64,000 bases of DNA. Source: Chiloscyllium plagiosum (Eukaryota). The notes under the pieces were generated by a model. It made no database searches. It was given only the letters and a program-made list of their open reading frames with translations, and was not told the origin of the DNA. The stretch covers positions 47,800 to 111,799 of the forward strand of contig NC_057757.1 of NCBI RefSeq assembly GCF_004010195.1. Reading direction: 5' to 3'. The translations under genes and the position numbers were made by a program. Each line of letters opens with the position of its first letter. The stretch's first letter is position 1. Of the stretch, positions 11,817 to 24,185 are shown piece after piece.

Positions 11817-13419
11817 GTTCCCTTGAACGTAAGGTCCGAAGTGGGGATGTTGGCCAATGATTGCACAATGTAAATCTGAAACAAAAACAAAAATTACTGG
11901 AAAAGCTCAGTAGATCTGACAGCATCTGTGGAGAGAAATCATTGTTAATGTTTCAGGCTGATTGACCCTTCCTTAGAGCTGCTAGATCTGCTGAGCCTTT
12001 GCAGATAATAACATCTAGCTGAATGAAAAATGAACTCTTCTGCCCTACTGTTCTTTTGACAATTATCTCAAATCTGTACCACTCTGTTTACTGATCTCCC
12101 GCTGGGATAGTGATAGGGGCTATATCAATGCAGGCTATCCTTTCTAAAAGTATTTATGTGGTTTAATTTTCCATTTGTGTTTTCTGAAGCTGTTTGCTCC
12201 CTCCTCTTCAATTTAACCACCATTCCATGTTTTAAACATTTAACAGCAGGATTATATATCAAAGTAACTCCAGGGAGCATAGATTTAAGAGTAAGTGAAT
12301 GAAGACATGAGTATGTAGCATGGAAACCCAGAGGGGATATGACATCTAATTTACAGGGACTGTAGATCACAGAGATTCATGGTGTTTGTCCTCAGCTGCT
12401 TTGCTGTAGGGTCCCATACGTCTTGCAGTTTCTGAAAGCAGGGCATTGCGACAAGCTGGACACCTCTTAACTGAGTAATTCTACATTGTTGTGTTGCTGG
12501 CCAAGAATTGCGAACATTTCTCATCTCATAATGAAAGTTCTGCAGATTACCCGCCTTGCAATTGCAATAGAAATTGAGATGCTGTCAGTCCCTGAAATGG
12601 AAAATGGGAGCTAGTTGGTCACAGATGCGATTTAAGATGCCCATTAATGGAATAGCCTGGGAACTGAATTGCCGCGTAGACCTTTACTCAGTGGTAGAAG
12701 TAGAAATGATAGATGCAGCAATGTCAGACCAGCATGCTGCTAATTTAAAAGAAATTCTGAGGTTGTATCACCATCACTTTTTCTCTATTCTCAGGATGAC
12801 GGTGTTGCTGGCACTTTGTACTGAGTTATCACCCTGAGAAAGTGAGGGTGGTAAGGGCCTGCCAACTCTGTTTGATCAGTGAACCCCCACCCTGTCAGAT
12901 GCTCCTGCTCAGACCTGGGCAGAGTCTCCCCAGAGTGGAGTGCCCACAGGTCAGGCCTCAAGATTCCTGCGACACCCCACACAAGCCTCCAGAACACACT
13001 CGGCAGGGCTGACCCCTACTGTGGGCTGACCACGAGCAGGGAGGTACGTAGGCAACATCAAATGCTGCCTGCATTCCCCCACCCCCTGCCAAAACAGAGA
13101 TAGGTGAACATAAATATGTCAGGCATGGAGGGACAAATGTGACGCAGCGGCTGAAGGTGTGCAGAGAAGGCAGATGGAGGCAGAAGCTTAAATTGATAAA
13201 AGGCAAGATGAGGAAGACTGTCAGAAAGCATGATTTAAGAATGCAATGGATTCCAGGTGGGGTAGTGCCAATAATAAAAAAAAAGGCTCGCTTTTTTATT
13301 GCACCTTCAGTCACTCCGGGCCATCCCCAAGCAGCTTTACAGCTATTGACATTCTCTACACTATTGTCGTACTGCATGCTTCCACAACAAGTCATTCCCT
13401 CGTTGCCGGGTAACTTTAG

Positions 13420-13850
13420 TTCTTGCTGATAATGTTGATACCAGGGAGAATCCCCATGCTGTAAATTGTAAGGTGGTCCCCTTTGGCAGGAAGAAGGAAA
13501 AAGCAGAATGTTATTAAATGAAGAGAGACTGCAGAAGACGGCAGTACAGAGGGATTAGGGTGTCCTTGGACTGTTAACAAGCAGGTACAGAGAGGGATGA
13601 GGAACACCCATGGCTTGTTGACCTTCATTGCAAGAGGGATGCGGAGTTTTGCTGCAACTATACAAAGTTTTGGTGAAATCGGACGTGGGGTACTGTGTAC
13701 AGTTTTGGTCTTATTTAAACAGGATATATTTGCATTGGAAGCAATTCAGAGAATGCTCACAAGCCTGACGCGATTGATGAAGGGATTGGTTAATGAGGAA
13801 ATATTGAGCAGATTGGGCTGAAATTGAATAATAGAAGGTTAACTTATTAA
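13420..13850 (+). mobile_element. Degenerate CR1-type LINE fragment
   Basis: decayed ORF2 C-terminal motifs (KQDIFALEAIQR...EEILSRLG). Confidence 0.6.
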
Positions 13851-13914
13851 CCCTTAAGGTAATGAGTGGGCTTGACAGGTTAGATGCTGAGAAGATATTG
13901 AATGGGGCTCCATA

Positions 13915-16900
13915 TTGACCCTTTGGCAGTGGGGCACCGTATCAATACTGTCACTCTGACAGTGCAGCACTCCCTCAGCATAGACCGTCCGACAGTGCAG
14001 CACTCCCTCAGCACAGACTGTCCGACAGTGCAGCACTCCGTCAGCATTGCTCAGCACAGACTGTCCGACAGTGCAGCACTCCGTCAGCATTGACCCTCTG
14101 ACAGTGCAGCACTCCCTCAGCACAGACTGTCCGACAGTGCAGCACTCCCTCAGCATTGACCCTCTGACAGTACGGTACTCCCTCAGTACTGACCCTCTGA
14201 CAATGCAGCACTCCCTCAGCACAGAATGTCCGACAGTGCAGCACTCCCTCAGCATTGACCCTCTGACAGTGCAGCACTCCCTCAGCACTGACCCTCTGAC
14301 AGAGCAGCACTCCCTCAGCACAGACTGTCCAACAGTGCAGCACTCCCTCAGCATTGACCCTTTGACAGTGCAGCACTCCCTCAGTACTGACCCTCTGACA
14401 GTGCTCACTCCCTCAGCACTGGCTGTCCGACAGTGCAGCACTGCCTCAGCATTGACCCTCTGACAGTGCGGCACTCCCTCAGTACTGACCCTCTGATAGT
14501 GCAGCACACCCTCAGCACTGACTGTGTGACAGTGCAGCAGTACCTCAGCACTGACTGTCTGACAGTGCAGCACTCCCTCAGTACTGACCCTCTGACAGTG
14601 CGCACTCTCTCAGCACAGCCTGTCTGACAGTGCAGCACCCCCTCAGTACTGACCCTCTGACAGCAGCACACCCTCAGCACTGATTGTCTGACAGTGCAGC
14701 ACTCCCTCAGCACAGACTGTCCGACAGTGCAGCACTCCCTCAGCATTGACCCTCTGACAGTGCGGCACTCCCTCAGTACTGACCCTCTGACAGTGCGCAT
14801 TCCCTCAGCAGTGACTATCTGACAGTGCAGCGCTCCCTCAGTACTGACTCTCTGACAGTGCACTCCCTCAGCACTGACCCTCTGACAGTGCAGCATTCCC
14901 TCAGTACTGACTATCTGACAGTGCGCATTCCCTCAGCACTGACTATCTGACAGTGCGCATTCTGTCAGCACTGACTATCTGACAGTGCGCTCCCTCAGCA
15001 CTGACTATCTGACAGTGCGCATTCCCTCAGCACTGACTATCTGACAGTGCAGCATTCCCTCAGTGCTGACTATCTGACAGTGCGCTCCCTCAGCACTGAC
15101 TATCTGACAGTGCGCACTCCCTCAGTACTGACTGTCTGACAGTGCGCTCCCTCAGCACTGATTGTCTGACAGTGCTGTACTCCCTCAGCACTGACCCTCT
15201 GACATTGCAGCACTGCCTCAGTACTGACCCTCTGACAGTGCAGCACTCCCTCAGCACTGACCCTCTGACAGTGCAGCACTCCCTCAGCACTGACCCTCTG
15301 ACAGTGCAGCACTCCCTCAGTACTGACCCTCTGACAGTGCAGCACTCCCTCAGCACTGACCCTCTGACAGTGCAGCACTCCCTCAGTACTGACCCTCTGA
15401 CAGTGCAGCACTCACTCAGCACTGACTGTCTGACAGTGCAGCAGACCCTCAGCACTGACTGTCTGACAGTGCAGCACTCCCTCAGCATAGACTGTCCGAC
15501 ACTGCAGCACTCCCTCAGCATTGACCCTCTGACAGTGCGGCTCTCCCTCATTACTGACCCTCTGACAGTGCAGGACTCCCTCAGTATTGACTATCTGACA
15601 GTGCAGCACTCCCTCAGCACTGACCCTCTGTCAGTGCAGCACTCCCTCAGCACTGACTGTGTGACAGTGCAGCACTCCCTCAGCACTGACCCTCTGACAG
15701 TGCGGCACTCCCTCAGTACTGACCCTCTGACAGTACAGCAATCCCCCAGCACTGGTCCTCTGACAGTGCAGCACTCCCTCAGTACTGACCCTCTGACAGT
15801 GCAGCACTTTCTCAGCACTGACTGTGTGACAGTGCAGCACTTCCCCAGCACTGACCCTCTGCCGTTGCGCACTCCCTCAGTACTGACCCTCTGACAGTAC
15901 AGCACTCCCCCAGCACTGGTCCTCTGTCAGTGCAGCACTCCCTCAGTACTGACCCTCTGACAGTGCAGCACTCTCTCAGCACTGACTGTGTGACAGTGCA
16001 GCACTTCCCCAGCACTGGTCCTCTGACAGTGCAGCACTCCCTCAGTACTGACCCTCTGACAGTGCAGCACTCCCTCAGTACTGACTATCTGACAGTGCAA
16101 CACTCTCTCAGTACTGACTGTGTGACAGTGCAGCACTCCCTCAGTACTGACCCTCTGACAGTGCAGCACTCCCTCAGTACTGACCCTCTGACAGTGCGGC
16201 ACTCCCTCAGTACTGACACTCTAACAGTGCAACACTCCCTCAGTACTGACTGTGTGACAGTGCAGCACTCCCTCAGTACTGACCCTCTGACAGTGCAGCA
16301 CTCCCTCAGTACTGACTATCTGACAATGCAGCAGTCCTCAGTACAGACCCTCTGACAGTGCAGCACTCCCTCAGTTCTGACTATCTGACAGTGCAGCACT
16401 CCCTCAGCACTGACTGTCCAACAGTGCAGCACTCCCTCAGCACTGACGATCTGACGGTGCAGCACTCCCTCAGTACTGACCCTCTGACATTGCAGCACTC
16501 CCTCAGTACTGACTATCTGAGAGTGCGGCACTCCCTCAGCACTGACTGTGTGACAGTGCAGCACTCCCTCAGCACTGATCCTCTGACAGTGCAGCACTCC
16601 CTCAGTACTGACTGTCTGACAGTGCAGCAGTACCTCAGCACTGGCTGTGTGACAGTGCAGCACTCTCTCAGCAGTGAGCCTCTGACAGTGCAGCATTCCC
16701 TCAGCACTGACTATCTGACAGTTCAGCACTCCCTCAGCACTGACTATCTGACAGTGCGCACTCCCACAGTACTGACTTTGTGACAGTGCGCTCCCTCAGC
16801 ACTGCTTGTCTGACAGTGCAGCACCCCCTCTGCACTGACTGTGTGACAGTGCAGCACTCCCCCAGCCCTGGTCCTCTGACAGTGCAGCACTCCCTCAGTA

Positions 16901-19900
16901 CTGACTGTCTGACAGTGCGCACTCCCTCAGCACTGACTGTGTGACAGTGCAGCACTCCCCCAGCACTGGTCCTCTGACAGTGCAGCACTCCCTCAGTACT
17001 GACACTCTGACAGTGCGCACTCCCTCTGCACTGGCTGTCTGACAGTGCAGCACTCCCTCAGCACTGACACACTGACAGTGCAGGACTCCCTCAGCACTGA
17101 CTGTCTGACAGTGTAGCACTCCCTCAGCACAGACTGCCCGACAGTGCAGCACTCCCTCAGCATTGACCCTCCAACAGTGCGGCACTCCCTCAGTACTGAC
17201 CCTCTGACAGTGCAGCACTCCCTCCATACTCACCCTCTGACAGTGCGGCACACGCTCAGCATTGACTGTGTGACAGTGCAGCACTCCCTCAGTACTGACC
17301 CTCTGACAGTGCAGCACTCCCTCAGCACTGACTGTGTGACAGTGCAGCACTCCCTCAGCACTGATCCTCTGACAGTGCAGCACTCCCTCAGTACTGACTG
17401 TCTGACAGTGCGCACCCCCTCAGCATTGACCCTCTGACAGTGCGGCACTCCCTCAGTACTGACCCTCTGACAGTGCAGCACTCCCTCAGTACTGACTATC
17501 TGACAGTGCAGCACTCCCTCAGCACTGACTGTCTGACAGTGCAGCAGTCCCTCAGCACTGACTGTGTGACAGTGCAGCACTACCTCAGCAGTGATCCTCT
17601 GACAGTGCAGCACTCCCTCAGTACTGACTGTCTGACAGTGCAGCACTCCCTCAGCACTGACTGTCTGACAGTGTAGCACTCCCTCAGCACAGACTGCCCG
17701 ACAGTGCAGCACTCCCTCAGCATTGACTCTCCGATAGTGCAGCACTCCCTCAGTACTGACTGTCTGACAGTGCGTACTCCCTCAGCATTGACCGTCTGAC
17801 AGTGCGGCACTCCCTCAGTACTGACCCTCTGACAGTGCAGCACTCCCTCAGTACTGACTATCTGACAGTGCAGCACTCCCTCAGCACTGACTGTCTGACA
17901 GTGCAGCACTCCCTCAGCACTGACCCTCTGACAGTGCAGCACTCCCTCAGCACTGACTGTGTCACAGTGCAGCACTCCCTCAGTACTGACTGTCTGACAG
18001 TGCAGCACTCCCTCCATACTCACCATCTGACAGTGCGGCACACGCTCAGCATTGACTGTGTGACAGTGCAGCAGTCCCTCAGTACTGACCCTCTGACAGT
18101 GCAGCACTCCCTCAGCACTGACTGTGTGACAGTGCAGCACTCCCTCAGCACTGATCCTCTGACAGTGCAGCACTCCCTCAGTACTGACTGTCTGACAGTG
18201 CGCACTCTCTCAGCATTGACCCTCTGACAGTGCGGCACTCCCTCAGTACTGACCCTCTGACAGTGCAGCACTCCCTCAGCACTGACTGTGTTACAGTGCA
18301 GCACTCCCTCAGTACTGATCCTCTGACAGTGCAGCACTCCCTCAGTACTGACCCTCTGACAGTGCGCACTCTCTCAGCACTGACTGTCTGACAGCGGAAC
18401 ACTCCCTCAGCATAGACTGTCCGACAGTGCAGCAGTCCCTCAGCATTGACCCTCTGACAGTGCGGCACTCCCTCAGTACTAACTGTCTGTCAGTGTGCAC
18501 TCCCTCAGCATTGACCCTCTGACAGTGCAGCATTCCCTCAGTACTGACGATCTGACATTGCGCTCCCTCAGCACTGACTATCTGACAGTGCGCATTCCCT
18601 CAGCACTGACTATCTGACAGTGCAGCATTCCCTCAGTACTGACTATCTGACAGTGCGCTCCCTCAGCACTGACTATCTGACAGTGCAGCAGTCCCTCAGT
18701 ACTGACTATCTGACAGTGCGCTCCCTCAGCACTGACTATCTGACAGTGCGCACGACCTCAGTACTGACTGTGTGACAGTGCGCTCCCTCAGCACTGACTG
18801 TGTGACAGTGCAGCACTCCCTCAGCATTGACCCTCTGACAGTGCGGCACTCCCTCATTACTGACCCTCTGACAGTGCAGGACTCCCTCAGTACTGACTAT
18901 CTGACAGTGCAGCACTCCCTCAGCACTGACTGTGTGACAGTGCAGCACTCCCTCAGCACTGTCTGACAGTGCAGCACTCCCTCAGTACTGATTGTCTGAC
19001 AGTGCAGCACTCCCTCAGCATTGACCCTCTGACAGTGCGGCACTCCCTCAGTACTGACCCTCTGATAGTGCAGCACTCCCTCAGCACTGACTGTGTGACA
19101 GTGCAGCACTCCCTCAGCACTGACTGTCTGACAGTGCAGCACTACCCCAGCACTGATCCTCTGACAGTGCAGCACTCCCTCAGCACTGACTGTCTGACAG
19201 TGCAGCACTCACTCAGCACAGACTGCCCAACAGTGCAGCACTCCCTCAGCATTGACCCTCTGACAGTGCGGTACTCCCTCAGTACTGACCCTCTGACAGT
19301 GCAGCACTCCCTCAGCACTGACTGTCTGACAGTGCAGCACTCCCCCAGCACTAGTCCTCTGACAGTGCAGCACTCCCTCAGTACTGACCCTCTGACAGTG
19401 CACACTCCCTCTGCACTGGCTGTCTGACAGTGCAGCACTCCCTCAGCACTGACCTTCTGACAGTGCAGCACTCCCCCAGCACTGACTGTCTGACTGTGCA
19501 GCACTCCCTCAGCACAGACTGCCCAACAGTGCAGCATTGACCCTCTGACAGTGCAGCACTCCCTCAGCACTGACCCTCTGACAGTGCAGCACTCCCTCAG
19601 TACTGACGCTCTGACAGTGCAGCACTCCCTCAGCACTGACTGTGTGACAGTGCAGCGCTCCCTTAGTACTGACTGTCTGACAGTGCAACACTCCCTCAGC
19701 ACTGACCCTCTGACAGTGCAGCATTCCCTCAGCACTGACTGTGTGACAGTGCAGCACTCCCTCAGCACTGACTGTGTGACAGTGCAGCACTCCCTCAGCA
19801 CTGACTGTGTGACAGAGCAGCACTCCCTCAGCACTGACTGTGTGACAGTGCAGCACTCCCTCAGTACTGACTGTCTGACAGTGCAACACTCCCTCAGTAC

Positions 19901-21450
19901 TGACTATCTGACAGTGCAGCACTCCCTCAGCACTGACTGTCTGACAGTGCAGCACTCCCTCAGCACAGATCCTCTGACAGGTAAAAACAATGACTGCAGA
20001 TGCTGGAAACCAGATTCTGGATCAGTGGTGCTGGAAGAGCACAGCAATTCAGGCAGCATTCGAAGACAGGCAAAGCCTGTCTTCGGATGCTGCCTGAATT
20101 GCTGTGCTCTTCCAGCACCACTGATCCAGAATCTGGTTTCCAGCATCTGCAGTCATTGTTTTTACCTGGTTCCCTCAGTACTGACTCTCTGACAGTGCAG
20201 CATTCCCTCAGTACTGACTCTCTGACAGTGCAGCATTCCCTCAGTACTGACTCTCTGACAGTGCAGCATTCCCTCAGTACTGACTCTCTGACAGTGCAGC
20301 ATTCCCTCAGTACTGACTCTCTGACAGTGCAGCATTCCCTCAGTATTGACTGTCTGACAGTGCGCTCCCTCAGCACTGACTGTCTGACAGTGCGCTCCCT
20401 CAGCACTGACTGTCTGACAGTGCGCTCCCTCAGCACTGACTGTCTGACAGTGCGCTCCCTCAGCACTGACTGTCTGACAGTGCGCTCCCTCAGCACTGAC
20501 TGTCTGACAGTGCGCTCCCTCAGCACTGACTGTCTGACAGTGCGCTCCCTCAGCACTGACTGTCTGACAGTGCGCTCCCTCAGCACTGACTGTCTGACAG
20601 TGCGCTCCCTCAGCACTGACTGTCTGACAGTGCGCTCCCTCAGCACTGACTGTCTGACAGTGCGCTCCCTCAGCACTGACTGTCTGACAGTGCGCTCCCT
20701 CAGCACTGACTGTCTGACAGTGCGCTCCCTCAGCACTGACTGTCTGACAGTGCGCTCCCTCAGCACTGACTGGACAGTGCAGCAGTCCCTCAGTACTGAC
20801 TATCTGACAGTGCGCTCCCTCAGCACTGACTATCTGACAGTGCGCACTCCCTCAGTACTGACTATCTGACAGTGCACTCCCTCAGCACTGACTATCTGAC
20901 AGTGCGCTCCCTCAGTACTGACTATCTGACAGTGTGCTCCCTCAGTACTGACTCTCTGACAGTGCAGCATTCCCTCAGTACTGACTCTCTGACAGTGCAG
21001 CATTCCCTCAGTACTGACTCTCTGACAATGCGCTCCCTCAGTACTGACTATCTGACAGTGTGCTCCCTCAGTACTCACTCTCTGACAGTGCAGTATTCCC
21101 TCAGTACTGACTCTCTGACAGTGCGCTCCCTCAGCACTGACTATCTGACAGTGTGCTCCCTCAGTACTGACTCTCTGACAGTGCAGCATTCCCTCAGTAC
21201 TGACTCTCTGACAATGCGCTCCCTCAGTACTCACTCTCTGACAGTGCAGTATTCCCTCAGTACTGACTCTCTGACAGTGCGCTCCCTCAGCACTGACTAT
21301 CTGACAGTGCACATTACCTCAGTACTGACTATCTGACAGTGCACATTCCCTCAGTACTGACTATCTGACAGTGCAGCACTCCCTCAGCACTGACCCTCCA
21401 ACCATGCAGTGCTTCCTCAGTACTGAGCCACCATTAGTGTGGCACTCCCT
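13915..21450 (-). repeat. 33/30-bp minisatellite array 2 (~7.5 kb), opposite orientation to array 1
   Basis: unit cagcactccctcagcactgaccctctgacagtg and variants; reverse complement of the array 1 unit. Confidence 0.97.
19978..20168. mobile_element. 191-bp fold-back palindrome (two head-to-head copies of a short Penelope-derived element) inside the minisatellite
   Basis: 94-bp arms 19978-20071 and 20075-20168, AAA loop, one mismatch; arm closely matches the element body at 24372-24455. Confidence 0.9.
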
Positions 21451-22708
21451 CACCACTGCATTCTGAGTGGTATCGTTCTGAGTTTCTGGAGTGGGACTGG
21501 ATTGGATCAACCTCTCACTCTGGCTTGGTTTGCTACCTACTGCAGTGTGGCTGGCAGTTACCCAAGTGATTTCAGGGACACTCAGATACTCTGCTGAGGG
21601 AGCACTTTGTGTTTTTTCCAATGCATTAGCTCCATGCGTGAAGATAAGTATTGAATGGTCACAATGATGCATATGTTTCAGACAGACCTGAAGAAAAACA
21701 CCAAGCTGCTGATGAAATGGTTGGTAACTCAGAAACAGTGAATTTTTTATTTAATTTTCATCCGGTTGGGTGAGCTCACACAATTAATTATTTATCCTTG
21801 TGTTCTCTTTTACTGCTGGCCCATGGCTTAATTTTGCATTTACACACCCCAGACACAAAGTGGGAAAATCAGTGCAGCTTACATGAAGATTGAGCCGAGG
21901 AGATTCATGAATGAATTTTTCCCTTCACCTGTTTGTTCAATTTTGGCTGGCAGGATGGGCTGGGTCACCCATTAATTATTGATGTTCAGGTTGATGTTTG
22001 GAGGTTCAGGCCTTGGTTAATTTAACATTCCATACGTAATGTGAAGGCAGAGGTGTTGCCAGCACATGGAAGCTTTGATTCATCAACACAACTGGCACTT
22101 AATCTTTACCCAATTGTTTGTCAGTCTCCACATACCTAACTCTTCTCCTGGTGATCACCATTTCCTTGAACTAGCTTCTTTAAGCAGATCAATTTGATCA
22201 TAACCACAAGCATGCTGCATGAATGGTTTCATGGGAGGGTGCAGCTAGAGGAGGCCATTTGGTTCATCGTGCCTGTGCTGGCTCTTTGAAAGCACAATTC
22301 AAGTCAGCCTGTCTCTCCCACTCAGTTTGTCCTCATTGCCTACAAGACTGTTCCTCTTTGCGAGTTCCCGTTGCTTCTGTTTATACTGCCTTCTCCACCA
22401 GTGCATTTTTAACACAGACGGTCTGATTTATGCAAGTTTTCAATATCATTTCTTTTAGGTTTGGCTTTTGGATTTTGAGTTTGTAACATGGAGTGGGGGG
22501 GTGTAGCATGACATTTCTGTGTGTCTGAAGTTAATAATTAGCTTGTAGTGATTTCTGTAGCCATGGTGATTTCCTTTGAAATGGTTTGTGAGGTCTACTT
22601 TGACAGTCTAATAAGCTCTGGTTTACATAGGATTTTGTTTTTAGCCAGGTAAACCTTGTGCTTTAATATCTGTTTGAATTTTTTCACAGTTAAGAGGAAC
22701 ACCCAAAG

Positions 22709-22709
22709 T

Positions 22710-22748
<39 letters not shown>

Positions 22749-22770
22749 GAGACAAAAAAAGAGACAGAGG
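22709..22770. repeat. (GA)/(GACAGA) microsatellite
   Basis: directly visible. Confidence 0.9.
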
Positions 22771-23019
22771 GAATTTTGTTTCCATTTGATGTTGTTTTAG
22801 GCTGTTTTGCGGTTCCTTGCACAGAGATGCATCTCTGAAGCAGTGCTCCTTAGAAGAGGAGAACATTGTAAGCGAAATTACCTTAGAGTAAAGAGTGATA
22901 GTCCCAGACCGAAAGAAAACTTGGAAGATGAGTGCATTTAAACTTCAGTTTGTGATAATTCCAGGAATGAGCTATCAAAGGTTCAGGTCTAAGAGTTAAA
23001 GTCACAGTTGCCTTATAGT

Positions 23020-23150
23020 AAAACAAAGAACTGTGGAAGCTGGAAATCTAAAACAAAACCAGAAATTGCTGGAGAAACTCATTACATCTGGCAGCACCTG
23101 TAGAGGCAGAAAAAGGGTGAATGTTTTGAGTCCAGTCATCCTTCTTCAGA
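23020..23150 (-). mobile_element. Short Penelope-derived element with decayed hammerhead core (ctgaagaagga...ctcaaaacatt on -)
   Basis: family body plus CUGAAGA..AAAC remnant. Confidence 0.55.
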
Positions 23151-23152
23151 AT

Positions 23153-23647
23153 CATAGAATCGTGACAGTGTAGAAGCAGGCCATTTTGCCCACTGAGTCC
23201 ACACTGACCCTCCCCCAAAAGAACTGCCCACCCAGTCCCACCACCCCACCCTATAATCCTGCATTTTCAATGGTTAATCCACCTAGCGTGCACAACCCTG
23301 GACTCAATGGGGCAATTTAGTATAGCCAATCCACCCTAACCTGCACATCCCTGGACACTATGGGACAATTTCCCATGGCCAATCCACCCTAACCTGATCA
23401 TCCCTGGACACTATGGGACAATTTCCCATGGCCAATCCACCATAACCTGCACATCCCTGGGCACTATGGGACAATTTAGCACGGCCAATCCACCCTGATC
23501 TGCATATCTTTGGTCTGTGGGATGAAACCCACACAGACACAGGGCAAATATGCCAACTACACACAGACAGTTGCCCCAGTGTGGAATCGAACCCGGGTCC
23601 CTGGCTGTGTGAGGCAGCAGTACTAACCATTGAGCCACTGTGCCACA
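23153..23647 (-). mobile_element. tRNA-derived SINE (HE1/V-SINE-like) with 53-bp internal unit repeated about 4 times
   Basis: Pol III A box TGGCTCAATGG and B box GGTTCGATTCC on - strand; unit starts at 23348, 23401, 23454. Confidence 0.88.
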
Positions 23648-23736
23648 AGTTGTGGGTGCCTTAGATTAATTACTTGTGGTCACATATCTTGGTGCTCCAG
23701 TTGCCAATTTGAATAAAATCCTTTCTGCGCTTGCAG

Positions 23737-23873
23737 ATGAGAAACCAGACGAGAAGTGGATCCTGTTTGACGGACCTGTGGATACACTCTGGATTGAGAG
23801 CATGAACTCCGTCATGGACGACAATAAGGTGCTGACACTGATCAATGGAGAGCGGATATCTATGCCAGACCAG
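23737..23873 (+). CDS. DNAH2: DNAH2 exon, AAA2 Walker B region ([34 protein letters not shown])
   Basis: ttgcag / gtaagt; phase 1 continues exon 10520-10637 across a 13.1-kb intron. Confidence 0.96.
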
Positions 23874-24185
23874 GTAAGTGTCCCTGTGTTTCTGCTGCCT
23901 GTAACGTGATACAGATGCAGAATGCCAGGATTTGGAGTTTCCTGTGTGGGCTGAGGGAAAGTTGTACAGTGATGTTAAAGCCCACTCTGTGATCCTGTTG
24001 AATGCAGCAGTGAGGATCCTTTTGCCTGGCTGAAGTTAATTGAGGTGGACAAACAGACAGAGAGCTGACTGGATGATTCAGTTTCCTGGTGCTGAACAGA
24101 TAAAGTCTCAGGAAAGCAAATGTCAGGCAGAATACTTCAACCTGGTTGTTATTTGTCAACTCTTGTTCACAATGTGTTCTGTGTG

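Noticed and set aside
13854..21336. Many long Cys/His-rich ORFs (TVQHSLSTDPL, RECCTVRGSVL repeats) resembling zinc-finger or mucin proteins
   Set aside because: They are translations of a 33/30-bp minisatellite, open in several frames on both strands because the unit length is a multiple of 3. They are intronic, with no splice or start context. The same applies to 2819-4117 and 55767-56599.
13915..21450. CRISPR-like appearance (~33-bp dyad-containing repeats)
   Set aside because: Units are contiguous with no unique spacers, there are no cas genes, and the context is a vertebrate intron.
23575..23647. tRNA gene (A and B boxes)
   Set aside because: No convincing cloverleaf; it is the tRNA-derived head of a SINE with several copies in the window.
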